Source of the DNA: a virus
Lineage: Duplodnaviria > Heunggongvirae > Uroviricota > Caudoviricetes
Direction: 5' to 3' (one strand)
IMG/VR virus record: IMGVR_UViG_2711768021_000006
Length of the DNA stretch: 4,533 nucleotides
Shown here: positions 1-4,533 of the stretch, piece by piece
Position numbering within the stretch: the stretch's first letter is position 1
Layout: every line of letters starts with the position of its first letter
Position numbers and translations under genes: made by a program
The notes under the pieces: generated by a model
Seen by the model: the letters and a program-made list of their open reading frames with translations, nothing else
What the model was told of the DNA's origin: nothing
The model's database searches: none

Positions 1-60
1 CTCTCGTCTGGGGAATATCTCCCCGGCAGCCTTCAGGGAAAAATATCATCAGATGGCTGC

Positions 61-414
61 TTAAAAAAAGAACAAATGGTAGTGTCCGCTATTGCCAGTA
101 CACCTCAATTGCTCTGCGGCTTCGCTCAGAGCTGGCGTATGTTCCCGGCCTACTGATTCACACAGGTAATCAACGAAACCGGACACCAGTTTTCGTTCGC
201 GAGGCGTGATCGCCCCACCGACCGGAGTCCAGTAATCGAAACCCAGTTGCAGGAGTTTGAAAAAACGCTTGTGGAATGCGTAGTTACACACACGCTTAAA
301 GTCTGCGTGTATCCACTCACCTATTTTGATTTGATGCAGAAAATCGCAACTCTCCGGCGTCGCCGGGAGAAGTAATCCGGAAGAGGTTTGTTTGACCAGT
401 TGTATATGTGCCAT
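61..414 (-). CDS. Hypothetical protein, 117 aa (MAHIQLVKQTSSG...), second gene of a two-gene cassette
   Basis: Open frame on the minus strand with stop at 61-63. ATG at 412-414 is preceded by GGAGA 6 nt upstream. The ORF track extends to a TTG at 456 that overlaps the upstream stop (TTGA), but the ATG with a Shine-Dalgarno is the more credible start. Codon usage looks coding. No family recognised. Confidence 0.55.
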   Translation of the reverse strand: MAHIQLVKQTSSGLLLPATPESCDFLHQIKIGEWIHADFKRVCNYAFHKRFFKLLQLGFDYWTPVGGAITPRERKLVSGFVDYLCESVGREHTPALSEAAEQLRCTGNSGHYHLFFF

Positions 415-452
415 CGGCTTTCTCCGGTGGCACGGTGTTACACAGCAGGAGT

Positions 453-740
453 TCAATCCTGCTCAAGATTGTAGATGAGTTTATTCTTCAGCAAAAGCAG
501 AAAACCAGCCTTAAAACCAATCTCTTTCAAAACCCGTAATGATGTGACAAATTCGTCCTCACGCAAAATAAAACCGTCCGTCAGAAGTCCATTACAAAAA
601 TAAAATAACACAGCACCGCTCTTCCTTTGTTGAGATTGCAAACATCTAATGCGGCAATGGCTGACAATCGCTCCATTCTCAACGCGCACAGCATAGAGGC
701 CATTTTCACTAAAAATTTCACGCAATTCTTCGATTTTCAT
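453..740 (-). CDS. Hypothetical small protein, 95 aa (MKIEELREIFSENGLYAVRV...), AT-rich
   Basis: ATG at 738-740 with GGAAGGA upstream and stop TGA at 453-455. Sits downstream of a promoter-like element and 38 nt upstream of the next ORF. Noticeably lower GC than the flanking genes. No family recognised. Confidence 0.5.
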   Translation of the reverse strand: MKIEELREIFSENGLYAVRVENGAIVSHCRIRCLQSQQRKSGAVLFYFCNGLLTDGFILREDEFVTSLRVLKEIGFKAGFLLLLKNKLIYNLEQD

Positions 741-821
741 CTTCAGAATCCTTCCAGATAAATAGCTCTCCCCTGTTCGGGGTCCATCCCTCTTCTCCCT
801 GCGCGCTACTTAAGTGAGTCG

Positions 822-849
822 ATTCTATCTGCGAAGGTGCGCGAATCAA
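822..849 (-). promoter_or_regulatory. Sigma70-like promoter (minus strand): -35 TTGATT (844-849), 16-nt spacer, -10 TAGAAT (822-827)
   Basis: Read on the minus strand: TTGATT-cgcgcaccttcgcaga-TAGAAT-CGACTCAC. Lies immediately downstream of a terminator and about 80 nt upstream of the ATG at 740. Confidence 0.45.
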
Positions 850-860
850 ATTCACCGGAA

Positions 861-914
861 ATAAACAACAAAAAACCCGCCGAAACGCTGAGAGATCACA
901 GCGATGGGCGGGTT
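861..914 (-). terminator. Rho-independent terminator (minus strand)
   Basis: Minus-strand RNA: AACCCGCC-cat-CGCTG-tgatctct-CAGCG-tttc-GGCGGGTT followed by TTTTTTGTTGTTTAT. Outer stem 874-881/907-914 with a nested inner stem and a U-run. The plus-strand orientation has no T-run, so it is unidirectional. Confidence 0.65.
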
Positions 915-953
915 AAGTGCGGGTGCGTTGAGGATGCCTGACACATCAGAGGT

Positions 954-981
954 GGGCGGGGATGGGATCAGCTCCCCGCCC
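954..981. repeat. Perfect GC-rich inverted repeat (9-bp stem GGGCGGGGA / TCCCCGCCC, 10-nt loop)
   Basis: Arms at 954-962 and 973-981. No adjacent T-run on either strand. Lies between the terminator and the 405-nt N-run. Confidence 0.4.
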
Positions 982-1447
982 GGTCACTCTTACTTCCTGG
1001 ATTCGTAGTCTANNNNNNNNNNNNNNNNNNNNNNNNNNNNNNNNNNNNNNNNNNNNNNNNNNNNNNNNNNNNNNNNNNNNNNNNNNNNNNNNNNNNNNNN
1101 NNNNNNNNNNNNNNNNNNNNNNNNNNNNNNNNNNNNNNNNNNNNNNNNNNNNNNNNNNNNNNNNNNNNNNNNNNNNNNNNNNNNNNNNNNNNNNNNNNNN
1201 NNNNNNNNNNNNNNNNNNNNNNNNNNNNNNNNNNNNNNNNNNNNNNNNNNNNNNNNNNNNNNNNNNNNNNNNNNNNNNNNNNNNNNNNNNNNNNNNNNNN
1301 NNNNNNNNNNNNNNNNNNNNNNNNNNNNNNNNNNNNNNNNNNNNNNNNNNNNNNNNNNNNNNNNNNNNNNNNNNNNNNNNNNNNNNNNNNNNNNNNNNNN
1401 NNNNNNNNNNNNNNNNNTGAAGCAGATAGCCTCAAGCACCCGCAGTC

Positions 1448-1477
1448 ATTCTACTTACCTCGCCAATATGAAATCAA
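1448..1477 (-). promoter_or_regulatory. Sigma70-like promoter (minus strand): -35 TTGATT (1472-1477), 18-nt spacer, -10 TAGAAT (1448-1453)
   Basis: Minus strand: TTGATT-tcatattggcgaggtaag-TAGAAT-GACTGCGG. Same hexamers and GACT-downstream context as the element at 822-849. Fires into the N-run at 1013-1417. Confidence 0.4.
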
Positions 1478-1498
1478 TCAGAAAGGTGCCCCATAAAA

Positions 1499-2185
1499 TC
1501 ACTCCTTCTCTTCTTTACCGTAGTGGAGTTGACCAATTTTGATAAGAGGGCGTCCCTGAGATTTGCGGTGTAGATTGGTATCGCGCAGAGAATACACACA
1601 GCCACAATATTCCTGCTGATAGAATTTTTCGCGCTTGCTGATTTCAATCATACGGGACGAGCCGCCCTGCTTGCGCCAGTTATAATCCCAGTACACCATG
1701 CCCGGATAATGCGCGACGGCTCGCCGCCCACAGTCGTTAACCTGCTGCATATTTTTCCAGCGTGAAATGCCCAGTGAACTGCTGATCACACTGAAACCAT
1801 TTTCAGCGGCGTACAGCGCTGTCCGCTCAAAACGCATGTCAAAACACATGGTGCAACGGATCCCTCGTTCGGGCTCCCATTCCATTCCTTTGGCTCGTTC
1901 AAACCAGTTGTCTGTGTCGTAATCAGCATCAATAAACGGCACGCCGTGTTGTTCAGCAAAGCGAATATTCTCATCCTTACGAATTAAATACTCTTTCTGA
2001 GGATGAATGTTCGGGTTGTAGAAAAAGATGGTGTAGTCGATTCCCGAGGCCTGAAGCGCCTCCATCACCTCACCGGAACATGGAGCACAGCAAGAGTGCA
2101 GTAGTAGTTTGTTTGCCCCGTTTGGGAGCTCCAATTTGGGCCGTTTGAAATCAGCAACTGTCATAAATATGTTTATTGGGGTCAT
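1499..2185 (-). CDS. queH: QueH-family (DUF208) epoxyqueuosine reductase-like Fe-S protein, 228 aa
   Basis: Translation contains [11 protein letters not shown] near the N-terminus, an internal CTMC, and [12 protein letters not shown] near the C-terminus, which I recall as hallmark Cys motifs of the DUF208/QueH family. ATG at 2183-2185 (alternative ATG at 2162-2164); neither has a clear Shine-Dalgarno. Stop TGA at 1499-1501. Confidence 0.7.
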   Translation of the reverse strand: MTPINIFMTVADFKRPKLELPNGANKLLLHSCCAPCSGEVMEALQASGIDYTIFFYNPNIHPQKEYLIRKDENIRFAEQHGVPFIDADYDTDNWFERAKGMEWEPERGIRCTMCFDMRFERTALYAAENGFSVISSSLGISRWKNMQQVNDCGRRAVAHYPGMVYWDYNWRKQGGSSRMIEISKREKFYQQEYCGCVYSLRDTNLHRKSQGRPLIKIGQLHYGKEEKE

Positions 2186-2332
2186 AAAAATATCAAAGAG
2201 TGTAGCATTAGAACGGGGCTATCGGAAACAGATGTGTGACTGCTCCCCGCCCTTTCGGGTGGTCTCCTGATGATTTGAGGGTGCAGAAATCCCTCCGGTT
2301 AAGGATTAAATTTTTAACAGTGCTAAATTTAA

Positions 2333-2689
2333 TTATTCAGTTCTGGATTTTGTCGCCCTGCGTATCCGCGCTTTCGCGTTACGCTCAATCTGTATCAGCT
2401 TTTCTATATTTCTCCGCCTTTCCTGTTCCTCCTGGCGCAATAGCCTTACATCATCTGCCAGTCTGGTTTCTCTTTTTGCCACAGAGAGCATCCAGTCAAA
2501 CGGCTCCACAACCGCACCGCAGATTTTACAGCGGACCTGACGCTCTTTTTCGTCAACCCGTACAGAGGCGTGATGGCAATATGGTCTTTCCGATGGCTCA
2601 TAAAGAAAATTAACCTGATTACGAGGGTCATCCTCTTTTACCGGAAATAAAACGATATTGCTTAACTCATCTTCTGGTTTTATTTCCAT
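2333..2689 (-). CDS. Small zinc-ribbon-like protein with charged, probably helical C-terminal tail, 118 aa
   Basis: ATG at 2687-2689 preceded by AGGAGAGGAG. Translation MEIKPEDELSNIVLFPV...YCHHASVRVDEKERQVRCKICGAVVEPFDW gives a C-H-H...CxxC cluster, followed by an R/E/K-rich tail. The ORF track's longer version starts at 2746, directly abutting the upstream stop, which is less likely. Confidence 0.6.
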   Translation of the reverse strand: MEIKPEDELSNIVLFPVKEDDPRNQVNFLYEPSERPYCHHASVRVDEKERQVRCKICGAVVEPFDWMLSVAKRETRLADDVRLLRQEEQERRRNIEKLIQIERNAKARIRRATKSRTE

Positions 2690-2746
2690 GCTCCTCTCCT
2701 TTGATGCGAATGCCAGCGGTAATTGAAGCCTGATAGCTAATTTCAT

Positions 2747-3169
2747 TCACAGTATCGCCTCCTGAAAATTACCCTGATAGAAAGCCAGTACACGCTGCAT
2801 AGCTTCGCTCTTCCGGCACTCGCGACAGATTATATTCAGGCGCCTGTCGTAGCGGCGTATTTCTCCGTCAGGTAATGACCAGATAAGGTCCGGATCAACA
2901 ACAACCGGTTTCCTCACCTTTACTCTCGAGAGTTTTTTGCGGGCGCTTTGCCAGTCCTTGCGAGCCTGTTCAGACGGGAATAAGCCGTAGCCAGAATTAT
3001 ATACATCACCACTTGCGACCAGTTCTATGCATAAGCGACCGACAGACGCACGACTGATACCTGTTTCATCTGACAACTGCCGAATCGTGACCCGACCGTC
3101 CTGATGCACGAGTTCCACAATTCGCGTCTTCAGTTCTTCCCGCTGTTCGGGAGTAAAAGGTTTCGCCAT
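2747..3169 (-). CDS. Winged-helix/HTH DNA-binding protein, 140 aa
   Basis: ATG at 3167-3169 with strong AGGAGGA Shine-Dalgarno. N-terminal segment VTIRQLSDETGISRASVGRLCIELVASGDV looks like an HTH recognition helix. Tightly packed after the DnaC-like stop (14-nt intergenic). Confidence 0.65.
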   Translation of the reverse strand: MAKPFTPEQREELKTRIVELVHQDGRVTIRQLSDETGISRASVGRLCIELVASGDVYNSGYGLFPSEQARKDWQSARKKLSRVKVRKPVVVDPDLIWSLPDGEIRRYDRRLNIICRECRKSEAMQRVLAFYQGNFQEAIL

Positions 3170-3183
3170 AAATCCTCCTGAAA

Positions 3184-3745
3184 CTACTTAACAACCCTCG
3201 AATGGCTAACATTCGGACGCCAGCTCTCCCAGTTAAAATTCACCCAGCGCCCGCCGTTCATNNNNNNNNNNNNNNNNNNNNNNNNNNNNNNNNNNNNNNN
3301 NNNNNNNNNNNNNNNNNNNNNNNNNNNNNNNNNNNNNNNNNNNNNNNNNNNNNNNNNNNNNNNNNNNNNNNNNNNNNNNNNNGATAGCTGCCGCTAAGTG
3401 ATTCTTCCCGGTACCAGGTTTTCCGCTGAACGCAAAATTTGTACACCCGGTCATCAGTTCATCGGCGATGGATTTCGCCTGGCTTAACGCGTATCGCTGG
3501 CCGTCGTTCTGCACCTGGTAATTCGCAAACGAGCATTTACGGTGCAACGGCTGGATGCCTGAGCGATTCAGAATTTTTTCCACCCGCAACTGGCGATTCA
3601 GGCGGTTGATCTCCTCGCTACGTTTCTGGCCTTCAGCAAGTTGCCACTCGCGCCACTCCGCTACCGTTCTGAATGGGGCGGTTACATGTGGCGGGGTCAG
3701 TCGGCGGATGCGTTCCAGAACGCCGCCTGTCGCAATATTTTTCAT
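3184..3745 (-). CDS. DnaC-like replicative helicase loader (prophage paralogue), interrupted by assembly gap 3262-3382
   Basis: N-terminal 121 aa (MKNIATGGVLERIRRL...NRSGIQPLHRKCSFANYQ...FSGKPGTGKNHLAAAI) aligns by eye with E. coli DnaC, including the Walker A motif. After the N-run, a different frame (codons from 3261 down to stop TAG at 3184-3186) gives GGRWVNFNWESWRPNVSHSRVVK, matching the DnaC C-terminus (..LWVIFNWDSYRSRVTGKEY). About 100 residues are unaccounted for, so the 121-nt N-run under-represents the true sequence. Confidence 0.8.
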
Positions 3746-4100
3746 GGTCCGTTACCCCCTGAAGCCTGGCGGGATCGCACTGTCCGGCAACGAGACGGTG
3801 TTAACCTGTCGGAGCAACGTCTCAGGCCGAACACCTTTCGGCGCGAACAGGCCCTGGTATTCATTGGCGATGCTGTGTCGAATCACCTGCTCAGGTGTAA
3901 AACCCTGCTGACGGAATTTTTCCAGTTCCCGTATCGCCCCGTTAGCGCCCTGCTCCGTTCGAATCGGTTTTCGCAATGCCTGTCTGAACCGGACCCACTC
4001 ATGCCAGAGTGTTTCCGGCAACCAATCGGGCAGCTCAATAGCCTCCGGCTCGAATTTTTTAGACGCTCGTTTTTGGCGAGGGGGAGATCAGTATTTAGAT

Positions 4101-4120
4101 CTTCCTCTTCCTCTTCCTCT
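4101..4120. repeat. Tandem hexanucleotide repeat (CTTCCT)x3.3, encoding (Glu)6 on the minus strand
   Basis: cttcctcttcctcttcctct read directly. Falls in the linker frame of the initiator gene. Confidence 0.6.
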
Positions 4121-4230
4121 GGTAACGCTTTTTGATCCGTTTGTGTAACGCTGGCAGCGTTACCTTTTCGTTTCAGTTCGCGTATTTTTGTTACTCGCTC
4201 GTTTGTAACCGCCCGTTTTTTTTAGAGCTT
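4119..4230. repeat. Iteron-like cluster of GTAAC/GTTAC motifs with dyad symmetry plus T-rich tracts; candidate replication origin inside the initiator gene
   Basis: GTAAC at 4122, 4145 and 4205; GTTAC at 4159 and 4190. Perfect inverted repeat GTAACGCTG-g-CAGCGTTAC at 4145-4163. T-rich runs at 4129-4133, 4165-4173, 4185-4189 and 4216-4223. A related dyad GTAACGC-cgcga-GCGTTAC lies at 4354-4372. Confidence 0.45.
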
Positions 4231-4428
4231 TTTCCGTTATGACGTTCAAAGTTAGGTAGAGAAAGCCCTCCGTCATTTTCGACCAGCCATCCAACCTGAA
4301 TTAACGCATCAGCAAAACCAGACATAAAAGTGATGCGATCTATTGCACTTTTTGTAACGCCGCGAGCGTTACAATCTGCATTACCGTCTATCATTTGTTG
4401 ATCCGCCCATGCCCAGAAGCGAATAACC

Positions 4429-4533
4429 TGAGGTAGCCTGAGTTTAACGGACACTCCTTCCTGAAATAGAATGGCATCAGAAGGAGCTAATAATGAGCAG
4501 AAAAACCCAACGTTACTCTAAAGAGTTCAAAGC
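4429..4533 (+). mobile_element. Left end of an IS3-family insertion sequence (IS600-like), running off the window
   Basis: Sequence from 4429 begins TGAGGTAGCCTGAG..., and IS3-family ends typically start TGA. The orfA start follows about 64 nt later. The N-terminal peptide MSRKTQRYSKEFK matches my recollection of IS600 OrfA. The right end is not in the window, so the boundary is approximate. Confidence 0.55.
4493..4533 (+). CDS. IS3-family transposase OrfA (IS600-like), 5' partial at window edge
   Basis: AGGAG at 4481-4485 followed by ATG at 4493. Translation MSRKTQRYSKEFK... continues beyond the window. Confidence 0.55.
   Translation, partial: MSRKTQRYSKEFK

Larger units (their letters stand above)
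3752..4428 (-). pseudogene. Replication initiator/organizer with DnaT-like C-terminal domain; 5' end truncated by an IS and two frameshifts in homopolymer tracts
   Basis: C-terminal frame (3752-4087) ends ...LRQVNTVSLPDSAIPPGFRG, matching the E. coli DnaT C-terminus (..NTVSEPDSQIPPGFRG). The N-terminal frame (4194-4428) ends at TAA 4191-4193. The middle frame (4081-4221) encodes an acidic linker (..KALPEEEEEEDLNTDLP..). Frames join if one base is added in the T8 run (4216-4223) and one in the G5 run (4080-4084). The upstream reading frame runs into IS-like sequence at about 4429. Confidence 0.65.

Noticed and set aside
27-59. Inverted repeat GCAGCC...GGCTGC downstream of the first ORF, considered as a terminator
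   Set aside because: The loop is 21 nt, and the T-run lies inside the loop rather than after the stem.
415-456. TTG start at 454-456 extending the first ORF to 131 aa
   Set aside because: No Shine-Dalgarno, and it overlaps the upstream stop. The internal ATG at 412-414 with GGAGA is the more credible start.
962-1439. ORF-track entries 962..1420 (+), 990..1439 (-) and 1010..1435 (-), consisting almost entirely of X
   Set aside because: They exist only because the N-run contains no stop codons. There is no sequence evidence for any of them. The DYESRK end at 990 could be the real tail of a hidden gene, but that cannot be supported.
1786-1974. Minus-strand 62-aa ORF nested in the QueH-like gene
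   Set aside because: An alternative frame inside a gene with strong motif support. No independent start signals.
2243-2262. Short GC hairpin (CCGCCC-tttc-GGGTGG) between the zinc-ribbon and QueH-like genes, considered as a terminator
   Set aside because: It pairs properly only in the plus-strand orientation, which is antisense to the genes, and has no following U-run on either strand.
2236-2613. Plus-strand ORF of 125 aa
   Set aside because: Lies entirely antisense to the better-supported zinc-ribbon gene (which has a Shine-Dalgarno and a plausible fold). It has no ribosome-binding site and a low-complexity, hydrophobic translation.
2446-2631. Minus-strand 61-aa ORF nested in the zinc-ribbon gene
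   Set aside because: Alternative frame within a better-supported CDS.
3259-3261. ATG at the edge of the N-run, considered as a separate gene start
   Set aside because: It is in frame with, and part of, the DnaC-like C-terminal segment. It is an internal Met, not an independent start.
3202-3446. ORF-track entries 3202..3387 (+) and 3258..3446 (-) spanning the 121-nt N-run
   Set aside because: Artefacts of the N-run. The real coding signal here is the DnaC-like gene, whose C-terminus is in a different frame from the one the track carries through the gap.
3555-4135. Plus-strand ORFs 3555..3911 and 3641..4135
   Set aside because: Antisense shadow ORFs over the DnaC-like and DnaT-domain genes, whose minus-strand translations show clear homology.
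1-4533. CRISPR arrays, tRNA or rRNA genes
   Set aside because: No regularly spaced direct repeats and no tRNA-like cloverleaf candidates in the readable sequence. The N-runs cannot be assessed.

Overview
This window reads as the early/replication region of a decaying lambdoid prophage from an Escherichia/Shigella-like genome, with almost all genes on the minus strand. From high to low coordinates: (i) the start of an IS3-family insertion sequence (IS600-like, orfA on the plus strand) that appears to cut the 5' end of (ii) a replication initiator gene with a DnaT-like C-terminal domain, which also carries two homopolymer frameshifts and iteron-like GTAAC dyad repeats plus T-rich tracts in its linker (candidate origin); (iii) a DnaC-like helicase loader broken by a 121-nt N-run; (iv) a winged-HTH protein; (v) a small zinc-ribbon protein; (vi) a QueH-family (DUF208) Fe-S protein, unexpected in this context; (vii) a promoter-like element, a 405-nt N-run hiding an unknown transcription unit, and a rho-independent terminator; (viii) a second, near-identical promoter-like element driving an AT-rich two-gene cassette of unknown function. 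The two N-runs (1013-1417 and 3262-3382) are unreadable and their lengths probably do not reflect the true sequence. All family assignments come from reading the translations and recalling conserved motifs; no database search was run.
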